Notes: generated by a model from the sequence alone, not told the origin. DNA of 64,000 bases from a candidate division WOR-1 bacterium RIFOXYB2_FULL_45_9 (GCA_001771575.1 MEUD01000001.1:506984-570983), one strand, 5' to 3'. Positions 46,321 through 56,853 are shown, counted from the first letter of the stretch. Translations and numbers: made by a program.

Positions 46321-47819
46321 TTTTTTTCTCCCTGGACGGTTTTTTGTTCTTTGGCCGCCCGTTTCCGGTAAAAAGCGGTCAGGAATTTCTTGAAAAGCAG
46401 TTTGTCGATTGGTATCTTGTAGAACATAAAATGATTGCGAAGCCCGGCTATCTTAATAAACAGGGTGTTGATCAGCCGATCTCGCCCATTATCGAGCTGA
46501 TGGTTGCCGACCCGCGATTCCGATTCCATGTTTAGATAGTAAGCGGCGCTTTCGGAAAATTTGCCGTTCACCTGCCAGGGACGGACATATTCGGACGCGG
46601 TGTACATGTCAATGACCGCCCGGCTGGTCCATTCTTTAAAATCTTTCGGTTCGGTCAGATACCCTTCTTTTAACAGTTGTTGGGTCAATTCGCATTTTGG
46701 ATATGGGCGAAAAGTCCCGACCCCGCAGGTAAACAATGGGTAGCGCCGCAATTTATTGATAAACGCGACCGTCTGCTTGATGTCGCCAAGCTTTTCCCCC
46801 GGGATCTCCAGGATAAAAGATGACCGCGGGATAATCCCGTGTTCATCGCATTTTTTGACCGCGTGTTCCGCTTGTTGGGGAGTGATCCCCTTCTTCATCA
46901 GTTTAAGGGTGTGCGGCGAGCCAGATTCGATCCCCAGCGTCAACTGGATCAAGCCAGACTCTCTCGCCAGGGCGAGCGTATCGTCGTTAAGCATCGTTTC
47001 ATTGAAATAATCGACACGGCATTCCCCGTCCCAGGTGATATTCAAGCCAAGTTTAATGATCCCGGCGCAGATCGCCCGGACCCGGTCGCAATCGACGAAG
47101 AAATTGTCGTCCAGTATCTTGAGGTGGGTCAGCCGGTACTTTTTGACGATCTGTTCGATCTCGGCCAGGACCTTGGCGGCGCTTTTTTTCCGGTAGCGCC
47201 GGTTATCGGCCACAACATTGATGCAGAAAGTGCATTTTGACGGACAGCCCCGACTGCTCTCGTACGGGAGCCAGCGCATCGGTTGGGGAACGAATTCCGA
47301 AAGTTTATCGGTGAGATAACTGTTGATGAACGTCTCAATATGCTCTTCCAGGCTGTAGTCCGGAAAAGGCAACTTTTCCATATCGAGGATCTGTTTCGGA
47401 AAGATCTTCTTCTCGATCTTCCGGCCCTCTTTCAGGGCAGTCGCGATCTCCAGAATATGATCTTCCCCTTCCCCGGCGATCACGTAGTCAACATACTCGC
47501 ACTTGGCCATCTGTTCCGGAAAAAGAGTGCAATGCCATCCGCCCACAACCACGGGAACATTGGTATTTTCCTTGATGAATTTGATGGTTTCGTAGGCATC
47601 GGGGGCCTCCGAGGTCAGGATCGCGACGGCCGCCATCAAGGCCCCTTCCAGTTCTTTCTTGATGGTGACAAGATGGTCCTGCTCAAAGGCGCTATTAATA
47701 ATTTTTATCTCAAAGCCGGCGGCATGGAGCTTGGAACCGAGCAAGATCAGGTTAAGAGGCGGATAATTATTATAGTTATAAACGTTCTTTGGCCGGATCA
47801 GGACGATCTTATCTGCCAT
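46317..47819 (-). CDS. B12-binding radical SAM protein (class B methyltransferase-like)
   Basis: PPLNL, GGWHCT, GEGE, SSRGCPSKCTFC, DDNF, GIESGS. Confidence 0.9.
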   Translation of the reverse strand: MADKIVLIRPKNVYNYNNYPPLNLILLGSKLHAAGFEIKIINSAFEQDHLVTIKKELEGALMAAVAILTSEAPDAYETIKFIKENTNVPVVVGGWHCTLFPEQMAKCEYVDYVIAGEGEDHILEIATALKEGRKIEKKIFPKQILDMEKLPFPDYSLEEHIETFINSYLTDKLSEFVPQPMRWLPYESSRGCPSKCTFCINVVADNRRYRKKSAAKVLAEIEQIVKKYRLTHLKILDDNFFVDCDRVRAICAGIIKLGLNITWDGECRVDYFNETMLNDDTLALARESGLIQLTLGIESGSPHTLKLMKKGITPQQAEHAVKKCDEHGIIPRSSFILEIPGEKLGDIKQTVAFINKLRRYPLFTCGVGTFRPYPKCELTQQLLKEGYLTEPKDFKEWTSRAVIDMYTASEYVRPWQVNGKFSESAAYYLNMESESRVGNHQLDNGRDRLINTLFIKIAGLRNHFMFYKIPIDKLLFKKFLTAFYRKRAAKEQKTVQGEKK

Positions 47820-48942
47820 TGACGCACTCCTTTACCACCGTAATCACTGTTTCGACTTCCTGATCGCTCATCTTCGGATAGAGCGGCAGAGTGATGGTGC
47901 TTTCATAATAAGCTTCGGCCCGTGGACAAAGCCCTTTCTGATAACCTAATTGGCTATAGTACGGCTGCCAGTAAACGGGGATGTAATGAACGTTAACACC
48001 AAGTCCTTTGGCGCGCAGGGCGTCAAATATCTTTCGCCTGTTCCCTTTGACCATGATCGGATAAATATGCCAGGCGGAACGGCAATCGGTTTTTCCCTGA
48101 ATGGTCGCCAGCCCGGGCACATTTTTAAAAGCGGCCTGATAGCGGGCGACTATCTCCCGCCGACGGGCGACAAATTGGTCGAGCTTTTTCAGTTGGCTCA
48201 TCCCCAACGCCGACTGAAAATCGGTCAGGCGGTAGTTAAAACCAAGCGCCTGCATTTCGTAAACCCAGGGGCCGGGATCTTTTTCGGCAAGAAGTTTTGG
48301 GTCGCGGGTGATCCCATGGGTGCGGAAGGTTTTAAGTTTTTCATAAAAGTCTTTATTGTTCGTCAAAACCATCCCCCCCTCGCCGGTGGTAATGTGCTTG
48401 ACCGCGTGAAAGCTAAGGATGGTCATGTCAGAATACTGGCCGGCGCCGATCTTTTTCCCCTGATAATCGGCACCCAGCGCGTGGCAAGCGTCTTCGATCA
48501 CCGTTAAATTTCGCTCTTTGGCCAATTTAGAGAGGGCCGCCATTTCGCAAGGCTGTCCGGCATAATGGACCGGCAAGATCGCTTTGGTCTTGGCGGTAAT
48601 TTGTCCGGCAACGGCGGTTGGATCAAGATTGATGGTCTGGGGATCGATGTCGGCAAAGAGCGGCTTGGCGCCGCAGTAAAGGACGGCGTTGGCGGTCGCT
48701 ACAAAGGTGATCGGGGAAGTGATCGCTTCATCCCCCGCTTTGAGCCCGGCGGCAAAACAGGCGCCGTGCAGGGCCGAAGTCCCGGAGTTGAATGCGACCG
48801 CGTATTTGGCGCCGCAGTAGCCGGCCGTTTTAGCTTCAAATTCGTCGACCAGCGGCCCCTGTGTCAGGTAAGCGGTTTTTAGCGCCTGGGCGACCGCCGC
48901 GATATCCTCATCATCAACCCATTGCGTCGCGTATGGGATCAT
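47809..48942 (-). CDS. pseC: UDP-4-amino-4,6-dideoxy-N-acetyl-beta-L-altrosamine transaminase
   Basis: MIPYATQ, LTQGP, SFHAVKHITTGEGG, LGFNYR, VHYIP. Confidence 0.9.
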   Translation of the reverse strand: MIPYATQWVDDEDIAAVAQALKTAYLTQGPLVDEFEAKTAGYCGAKYAVAFNSGTSALHGACFAAGLKAGDEAITSPITFVATANAVLYCGAKPLFADIDPQTINLDPTAVAGQITAKTKAILPVHYAGQPCEMAALSKLAKERNLTVIEDACHALGADYQGKKIGAGQYSDMTILSFHAVKHITTGEGGMVLTNNKDFYEKLKTFRTHGITRDPKLLAEKDPGPWVYEMQALGFNYRLTDFQSALGMSQLKKLDQFVARRREIVARYQAAFKNVPGLATIQGKTDCRSAWHIYPIMVKGNRRKIFDALRAKGLGVNVHYIPVYWQPYYSQLGYQKGLCPRAEAYYESTITLPLYPKMSDQEVETVITVVKECVNGR

Positions 48943-48944
48943 GG

Positions 48945-50172
<1,228 letters not shown>

Positions 50173-50179
50173 ATAATAT

Positions 50180-50208
50180 AGTATAGGAGGTTATTCAGGG
50201 GCTGTCAA
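50180..50208 (-). promoter_or_regulatory. Sigma70-type promoter heading the glycan operon
   Basis: TTGACA-17 bp-TATACT, 7 nt before the HTH ATG. Confidence 0.8.
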
Positions 50209-50211
50209 GTC

Positions 50212-50249
50212 CTAGTCAGATCTAGTCATTACTAGTCTTTCCACTAGTT
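50212..50249 (-). repeat. 10-bp-phased direct repeats (GACTAG x3 plus AACTAG)
   Basis: CTAGTC at 50212, 50222, 50232 and CTAGT at 50244 on the + strand. Confidence 0.8.
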
Positions 50250-51330
50250 GAGCGATCGCCATTGAAGCGGTCAGACCTGGGGATTCGATCCCGATCAGAT
50301 TGATAAAACCGGGATAACCGTTAGCCGACTCCTCTTTAATAACAAAGTCGCGGAAACCGTCGTCCGGGCCCTGAAGTTTTGGCCTGATCCCGGAAGTATC
50401 CGGGCTAAGCATCTCTTCTTTCAACCAGGGGAAATAGGTCCTGGCCGCGTGGTAAAACTCCGTCCGCTTAGCCGGGTCGACCTCATAATTTAAATTCTCG
50501 CCATAATGGGCATCAGGCCCTAAACGGATCTGTCCGGTCAGGTCTAGCGTGGCGTGGACTCCAAGTCCATATCCTTTCTTATGAGGGACCGGATAAACCA
50601 GATGGTGAATTTTCCCTTTGGCCCCGGGAATGGAAAAGTAATCTCCTTTGCATGGATAAAGATTATAATGCAGTTTTTTGACATCGAAACCGGCCAATCC
50701 AGCAACCTGGTCCGAACCCAGCCCGGCCGCGTTAATAACCTGTTCAGCCAGGATTTTTTCGCCGTTCGAAGTTTCAATTATATATCCACCGGATTGTTTA
50801 CTGATACCGGTAACTTCATGATTAAAAGCAAAAAGCGTTCCATTGGCCTGCGCCTGCTGGTAGTAATATTTCATTAAACCGTGGGAATCAATGATCCCGG
50901 TCGTGGCCGACATGATCCCGGTCAGGGCAAAAACATTCGGTTCCAGCTTTTTAACTTCGGCTTCGGTCAGCAGGCTGATCCCCGGAACGCCGATCGCCTG
51001 GCAATTCTGATAGATATTCTCGATCTCTTTTTTTTCTTCTTCATTGGTGGAAATGATCACTTTTCCGCAATTTTGGTATTTGATCCCGGCCGCTTTGCAA
51101 AGTTGATAAAGGAGCGGGTTTCCCTCAAGGCATAGTCGGCTCTTCAGAGTATTGGGAGGATAATAAATACCGGCGTGGATAACTTCGCTGTTCCGACTGC
51201 TGGTCTCCTGGCCGAAACCGTCATGTTTCTCAAAGACTATCAGATCACCGTCATGTCGGTCACTTAACACCTTGGCAATGGCCAGGCCGACAACGCCGGC
51301 GCCGATTATTGAAACAGCCACCTTTTCCAA
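50212..51330 (-). CDS. FAD-dependent oxidoreductase (L-2-hydroxyglutarate oxidase family)
   Basis: IGAGVVGLA, TSSRNSEVIHAGIYY, GLGVHAT, GIRPKL, GIESPGLTAS. Confidence 0.88.
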   Translation of the reverse strand: MEKVAVSIIGAGVVGLAIAKVLSDRHDGDLIVFEKHDGFGQETSSRNSEVIHAGIYYPPNTLKSRLCLEGNPLLYQLCKAAGIKYQNCGKVIISTNEEEKKEIENIYQNCQAIGVPGISLLTEAEVKKLEPNVFALTGIMSATTGIIDSHGLMKYYYQQAQANGTLFAFNHEVTGISKQSGGYIIETSNGEKILAEQVINAAGLGSDQVAGLAGFDVKKLHYNLYPCKGDYFSIPGAKGKIHHLVYPVPHKKGYGLGVHATLDLTGQIRLGPDAHYGENLNYEVDPAKRTEFYHAARTYFPWLKEEMLSPDTSGIRPKLQGPDDGFRDFVIKEESANGYPGFINLIGIESPGLTASMAIAQLVERLVMTRSD

Positions 51331-51333
51331 TGA

Positions 51334-52230
51334 CTAGACCTTTTTATAAGTGGAGCTTGAAATATTCTGCCAATATTCAAGAAAAAACGCCAAAAACACC
51401 GAACAAAACGCACCAAAAACAAATCCAATCACAAAATTAAGCACGATTTTATGCTTCAACGGTTTTACTGGTCTTTCCGCTGGATCAATTATTGAGAACG
51501 GGGTCAACTCTTTTGACTCGTCAAGCTTTGCAGACTCATACTCTTTTCGCAACATTACGTATGTTGAATTTTGGATCTCATATTCCCGTTCCAATCTTTT
51601 CAGCTCAACACCTTGCAGTTCATTCGGATCACTGGATAGAAGAGTGAATTTCTTTATCGCGTTTTCAGCGAGCCGCAGTTCGCCCTCAATCCTGGGTAAT
51701 TGACTTTCAATATATTCTTTTTTCTTTCTGGCTTCAGTATAATTAATTTTTTTCCAATATTGTTCCCCTGCCGCGACCATCGCATTGGCTATATCGGCGG
51801 ATAGAATGGGATCTTCAGTTAAAACCTTTATTTCCATTAAATCGGTACCGGATATGTCAACCATCGACATCAATGATTTGATCAATTCCTGTTTTTTAAT
51901 TTCCGGGGAATCCCATCCTGTTATTTTCTTGTCCAAACGAAGCGAATCAAATACTATCTCCGCCACGCTACGGCTTTCCATGATCTTCGGAAATTCGGCC
52001 GCTCCACTCCCTGTTTTAAAACCCAACATACTCGCCAATTGACCGGTAGCCGATGAGCCCGAACCGGTAGTCTCTTTTAATAAGATCGATACTTTCGCCT
52101 CATATACGTCTTTCCTTGACAAAGAAGGTAAACCAAAGAACAACATCGCGCCAACAGTGATAACCAGTACCAGTGGCCACCTTTTGATTACTACCGCCAA
52201 ATAATCGCGAAGATTAATATCTTCATCCAT
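51334..52230 (-). CDS. Wzz/GumC-like chain-length determinant (no kinase domain)
   Basis: INLRDYLAVVIKRW, two TM segments, coiled coil, IIDPAERPVKP. Confidence 0.82.
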   Translation of the reverse strand: MDEDINLRDYLAVVIKRWPLVLVITVGAMLFFGLPSLSRKDVYEAKVSILLKETTGSGSSATGQLASMLGFKTGSGAAEFPKIMESRSVAEIVFDSLRLDKKITGWDSPEIKKQELIKSLMSMVDISGTDLMEIKVLTEDPILSADIANAMVAAGEQYWKKINYTEARKKKEYIESQLPRIEGELRLAENAIKKFTLLSSDPNELQGVELKRLEREYEIQNSTYVMLRKEYESAKLDESKELTPFSIIDPAERPVKPLKHKIVLNFVIGFVFGAFCSVFLAFFLEYWQNISSSTYKKV

Positions 52231-52246
52231 CTCTGGTTGCTCCTTT

Positions 52247-52987
52247 CTATCTAGCAAACGTGTTATACAATGCAACAAAAGTCAGGATCATCGAAGAAAA
52301 ACTGCCGAAATCGGAAAAATAGAAGAATTGCGCCGGGACATTGATAACATCACCGGGCTCGATCGCCATATCATCTTTCGCGTTGCCATTAAAAATAACC
52401 TCCGAACCATTAATATTGTATTTTTTGTCCTTTCTGGTAATAGTAGAAAAAGTAATGTTCGCTCGCGGAGTCGGACCTCCGGCATAGCTGATGTAATCGG
52501 AATATTTCCTCTCCGGGATATATTCAAACCGCCCCGCCTTGGCAACTTCCCCGTAGACCGACACATACTTCTTCTCGCCAACATACAAAGGCTTATCTTC
52601 CGACCCCGTTAAATATATTTGAACTTTACGCGGCTGGATAAGTCTAAAAGAAAAAAGATATTTTTCCGAATATACCCCTTTTATCTTATCGCTGATCAAT
52701 TTTTTCGCTTCAGGAAGGGTCTTCCCCAAAAGCAACATTTCTCCAACTTTGGGAAAAAAGATCTTTCCATCCGGGCCAACGGTAAACTTATAATTCAAAG
52801 AAAGGTCGTTCTCACCGACTATTAAATTCGCTTCAACCATATCCCCCGGCGCCAGTTTATAAACCGATTCATCAATATTATCTCCAACTATGTATCCGTC
52901 ATTCATATCCGCCACTGAACTATCTAATTGCGGAAAAACAGGAGAAACAAGGGTAAGAATCAGGCCAATTATTATATATTTTTTCAT
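52247..52987 (-). CDS. Polysaccharide export protein (Poly_export + SLBB; short Wza-like)
   Basis: Signal peptide, YKLAPGD, VGPDGKIFFPKVG, VYGEV, AGGPT, PGDVINVP. Confidence 0.82.
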   Translation of the reverse strand: MKKYIIIGLILTLVSPVFPQLDSSVADMNDGYIVGDNIDESVYKLAPGDMVEANLIVGENDLSLNYKFTVGPDGKIFFPKVGEMLLLGKTLPEAKKLISDKIKGVYSEKYLFSFRLIQPRKVQIYLTGSEDKPLYVGEKKYVSVYGEVAKAGRFEYIPERKYSDYISYAGGPTPRANITFSTITRKDKKYNINGSEVIFNGNAKDDMAIEPGDVINVPAQFFYFSDFGSFSSMILTFVALYNTFAR

Positions 52988-53082
52988 CGGTTTCCTTCCT
53001 CGCTTATCAATACATACGTAACAGAAGCGCTCCTGTTTTATGGCAATAAATTGCGGAAAATGGAGCGGAATAAATCGTGTTA

Positions 53083-53111
53083 ATTATGGCATTTTAGACG
53101 TAAAATGTCAA
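53083..53111 (-). promoter_or_regulatory. Sigma70-type promoter of wza-wzz with an overlapping palindrome
   Basis: TTGACA-17 bp-(TGC)CATAAT; CATTTTA-gacg-TAAAATG at 53090-53107. Confidence 0.7.
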
Positions 53112-53175
53112 TTATCAGGCGTCGCGATTTAAAATTTGGCAATTATGATAATAATGCTATATAATCAACAAATAA

Positions 53176-54210
53176 ATGAATTTTAGACGCGCTATTCTAA
53201 TATTATTGCTGACAATACCTTGTTTTTCAGCTTTTGCCGAAGAGATCAATATCCCCTTCCAAAAAACACCCGGCCAGGACTATCTCGAAAGCCCGGCAAT
53301 GATGATCGATTCGCTGGAAAACTCGACTTTGAGCTTGAAGCTCAACTGCTCAAATGACGGATTGGCACGTCTTTATTGGATCACTTCGTACGATCAGCGC
53401 TTTGAGCAGTCAAAAAGCATCTGGTTTTACACCAAAAGGGGCGTTCATACCTATTATTTAAATATCCCCTCTCAAAACCCCTATTGGATCGGCTGGATCA
53501 AGCGGCTGATCATTGCACCGGAAAGCCCCGGCAAAATCGAAATCCTCGCCTCAACCGTGAGCCGGGGGAACTGGCTGACTTTCCTGGCTTCCGGCTGGCA
53601 GGAATTTTGGGGGCCAAAAGGACGAGCGCAAACCGGATTTTCGATCAATGTCACCCACAGCAGTCCTTTGTACGGAAATTCGATCAATGTCTATTTTTAC
53701 TGGCTAATTGGGCTGGCTTTTATTTTTTCTTTTGTCTTTTACCTGTTTAAGGCAAGGCCAAAAAGTTTTGAAGAATACCTGATCCCTTTTAATTCAGCCG
53801 CAAAAACGGCTTTTGCGGCTATTCTCGCCTCCTGGCTCCTGCTCGCGCTGAACGCCGATCTTAATTATTTTTCTCTTTTTAAAGTCAATTATCAAAAATA
53901 TTTCGGCAAAACCATCGACCAAAAACATGCCGAAGCTTATGGAGAGGACTATTTAACCTTCCTGAAGTTTACCGCCGATAAGCTTCCCAGGAAGCCGGTT
54001 TCTTTCGTGGTCTATTCATCGATCAATTCACCGGAATTGGCGGGACGACTCTTCCTCGCCCCGCATATTTTAGCGAGCGACGTCAACAAATTACCTGACT
54101 ATATTTTGGTTTTCTATCCAACACCCGACCAGATCAAACAACTGCGCGGTTTGCCGGTTTTGGCCAAACTTGACGCCAATAAGTATATCGTTAAGGGAAA
54201 AAAGAAATGA
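53176..54210 (+). CDS. Hypothetical exported/membrane protein
   Basis: Signal peptide, beta-rich N-terminal domain, two internal TM segments. Confidence 0.75.
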   Translation: MNFRRAILILLLTIPCFSAFAEEINIPFQKTPGQDYLESPAMMIDSLENSTLSLKLNCSNDGLARLYWITSYDQRFEQSKSIWFYTKRGVHTYYLNIPSQNPYWIGWIKRLIIAPESPGKIEILASTVSRGNWLTFLASGWQEFWGPKGRAQTGFSINVTHSSPLYGNSINVYFYWLIGLAFIFSFVFYLFKARPKSFEEYLIPFNSAAKTAFAAILASWLLLALNADLNYFSLFKVNYQKYFGKTIDQKHAEAYGEDYLTFLKFTADKLPRKPVSFVVYSSINSPELAGRLFLAPHILASDVNKLPDYILVFYPTPDQIKQLRGLPVLAKLDANKYIVKGKKK

Positions 54211-55655
54211 CAATTATAAAACTACTATTCGCTGTTTTGGTCCCGCTCCTGCTTGGTTTTAGCGCGACTTCTTTGCTGATCAGGGAAAAGATCGCCTTCC
54301 TGGAAAGAGCATCATTGGCCTGGGGGATCGGATTGGGCTTAATGGGGATCGAAATGTACACGATGTCCCTATTGGGGATAAGCCTTAATTTAAGGAACGT
54401 TCTCGTCCCAACCATTGGTATTATCGGGCTATTGCTCTCATACTCTTTTTATCACAGAAATAGTCTTTCTTCCCCAGCGGAAAACCAGCGGCAATATCGC
54501 CGCGGTTTCCTGGAACTTCCCCAGGGACTTAATAACGCGGAAAAGCTGTTAATTATACTAATTGGGCTGACGATTGCTTATGTTTTTTTTGACGCTCTGG
54601 TCAAACCGACCGTTGAGTTTGACGCTATGTGGCGCCAGGGAACGATCGCAAAGATCATCTTTACCACCGGCCAGGTCGCGACTGAACAGGCGAAAGCAGT
54701 CGCCGGTCCTCATCCTTACCTTAATCCATTAGCCCAGGCATGGATCTATATGTCGCTCGGTTATTGGGACGACGCGCTGGGAAAAGTAATTTTCCCTCTT
54801 TGCTTTACTTCCATGCTCTTCATCTTTTACTGTCGCCTGCGAGCTCAAACCTCCCGGCTTAAAGCCTTGATCTTTACTTACCTGCTCACTTCATTCCCGC
54901 TGATAATCCTCCACTCCGGCAACGCCTATTCAGACCTGATGCAGACTTTTTATTATTCAGCCGGAGCTATCTACCTCCTCTCCTGGTTTAAAGAAAATAA
55001 AACGCACCTGCTGTTCTCATCTGCTATTCTTTTTGGCATCGGTAATTTTGTGAAGCAGTCCGGGATCCCTCTCTGGGGAATGTCGGTCGTAGTTCTGGCC
55101 ATTTTTCTCCTTTTCGAGCGACCCAAAGAAAGCTGGAACGGACTCAAAAGCCTGGGTCTTGCGGCCATGATCTCTGCCCCCTGGATTTTTTCGCCAAATA
55201 GTTTTTTGTACGGCTTTATAAGCAGTATAGCGACACGGCTCTCCCCTTCCGCCCCAACCAATGCCCCGCTGGTTTCCGGAGGTATTGCCGCTCAACCAGC
55301 CAATCCGGCCCTTGCCGACCTGGTCTATCATCTCGGACGGAGAATGTTCACTTACGCCGACTGGCAAATTCTCTGGTTCGTTTTTATCGTCGTTTCGGTT
55401 TTGGGAGCGAAATTGATCTGGCAAAGTTATTTAAAATACGGCTTTATCTTGATCGTCGCCAATCTGGCCATGATCATTTACGCCTTTTCCAGCCCCGGAA
55501 CGTATCAATACCTCGTCGATGGGACGCTGGTCAACCGGCTAATGATGTATCAAATCCCGTTTGTCCTATATTTCTGCGCGATAATAATTACGCTCGACGC
55601 ATCAAAGGATGAACCAGCGGTTAAAATAAAAGGAAAGAAAAAAAGAGTTAGATAA
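54207..55655 (+). CDS. Multi-TM protein, putative GT-C (PMT/ArnT-like) glycosyltransferase
   Basis: About 12 TM, FDAMW acidic loop, HPYLNP, AYSDL, FVKQSG. Confidence 0.55.
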   Translation: MTIIKLLFAVLVPLLLGFSATSLLIREKIAFLERASLAWGIGLGLMGIEMYTMSLLGISLNLRNVLVPTIGIIGLLLSYSFYHRNSLSSPAENQRQYRRGFLELPQGLNNAEKLLIILIGLTIAYVFFDALVKPTVEFDAMWRQGTIAKIIFTTGQVATEQAKAVAGPHPYLNPLAQAWIYMSLGYWDDALGKVIFPLCFTSMLFIFYCRLRAQTSRLKALIFTYLLTSFPLIILHSGNAYSDLMQTFYYSAGAIYLLSWFKENKTHLLFSSAILFGIGNFVKQSGIPLWGMSVVVLAIFLLFERPKESWNGLKSLGLAAMISAPWIFSPNSFLYGFISSIATRLSPSAPTNAPLVSGGIAAQPANPALADLVYHLGRRMFTYADWQILWFVFIVVSVLGAKLIWQSYLKYGFILIVANLAMIIYAFSSPGTYQYLVDGTLVNRLMMYQIPFVLYFCAIIITLDASKDEPAVKIKGKKKRVR

Positions 55656-56802
55656 CTTCCCTTAGCACAGCAAGAATACTTTCTCGATATTTTGTCAGGC
55701 TATGGTCGCGAAGCACTTCGCTTCTGGCCCGTTCACCGATCAGCCGGCTTTTCCCCTTATCCAGACAAGCGGAAATCATAAGTTCCGCCAGCTTTTCCCG
55801 ATCGCCGGCCCGGTATAAGTAACCGGTTTGCCCGTTTGTCATGACTTCCGCTTGCCCCCCATTGTCAGTCGCGATCACGACCTTGCCAGCGGCCATCGCT
55901 TCCAATACCACAAGAGGCCCGGCTTCCGGTTCGACCGATGGCAGGACCAAAACATCAAGGGCGGAATACAAACGATTAAGATCCTCAACGTAACCTATTA
56001 ATTTTACTTTTTCTGTCAGACCTAATTTTTGGATCAACGTTTTAATCGATTCCAAATAAGCGTCCTCTTCGGCGCCCCCGAACATCACCCGACCAACAAT
56101 AAAGAAAAACGCCTTAGGCATTCTTTTTGAAACTGTTGACGCCGCTTCAATATAGTCGGTCAAGCCCTTGAGCCGGGTAATTCGACCCACATAAGCAAAA
56201 AGACTATCTCCCGAAGTAAGACGCCAGTCCGCTTTGGCCGATACTTGATCGGACAAAGAATGAAAACAGTCGGTTTCAATCCCGTTGTGAACAACCTTGA
56301 TCCTGGTTTTCAAGTCGCCTGTTTCAAATGGTCGAGCGGCTACCCTGGAATCAGCGATCATTAGCGAAACTCCCAGTTTCGCGGTCAGCAGGGCAAAACT
56401 CAACTCAAGACCTTTAAATATTGAATGGAGATGCCAAACAATCGGCTTGCGGCATAATCTGGCGGCAATCGTTCCCCAAAAAAATGTCCTGGGAGCCTTG
56501 GCGTAAATCAAGTCTATATTTTCCGCTCGAACAACCTTCATAGCGATAATTATCAGTGAAATGGAATGGTAAAAATAACTGATGAGGTCGACAATGCTTT
56601 TTCTGCCAAGCGATAAGTTCCCCATTGGGGAACAGTAATACTTAACACCAAGTTTTTTAAGTTCCCGAGCCAATTCTCCTTCGGATGGAAGGATCACTAC
56701 CGGACCGTAAGATGTCCGATCAAGCCCTTTAATAAATTGCAATAACATCTTCTGGCCGCCGGACACGCTCGAAAACTGCTCGAGGAAAAGAATGTTTTTC
56801 AT
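55648..56802 (-). CDS. Glycosyltransferase family 4
   Basis: SGGQ, VHNGI, VGRI..KG, PEAGPLVVLEAMAAG. Confidence 0.9.
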   Translation of the reverse strand: MKNILFLEQFSSVSGGQKMLLQFIKGLDRTSYGPVVILPSEGELARELKKLGVKYYCSPMGNLSLGRKSIVDLISYFYHSISLIIIAMKVVRAENIDLIYAKAPRTFFWGTIAARLCRKPIVWHLHSIFKGLELSFALLTAKLGVSLMIADSRVAARPFETGDLKTRIKVVHNGIETDCFHSLSDQVSAKADWRLTSGDSLFAYVGRITRLKGLTDYIEAASTVSKRMPKAFFFIVGRVMFGGAEEDAYLESIKTLIQKLGLTEKVKLIGYVEDLNRLYSALDVLVLPSVEPEAGPLVVLEAMAAGKVVIATDNGGQAEVMTNGQTGYLYRAGDREKLAELMISACLDKGKSRLIGERARSEVLRDHSLTKYRESILAVLREVI

Positions 56803-56853
56803 AATTAACCGCTGTTTATCCATCCACGGCGGATTCTGCAAACTAAAAGAAAA

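Noticed and set aside
28156-47819. Secreted aminoglycoside antibiotic gene cluster
   Set aside because: The enzyme classes overlap, but the genes are interleaved with wzx/wzy/pse. The cyclase has the DHQS-type LNYGHT motif, and no resistance or efflux gene is seen.
55612-56817. Short inverted match AACCAGCGGTTAA / TTAACCGCTGTTT flanking the last GT4 gene
   Set aside because: Only 13 bp, one arm is in coding sequence, a similar word occurs in coding DNA near 37170, and there is no transposase
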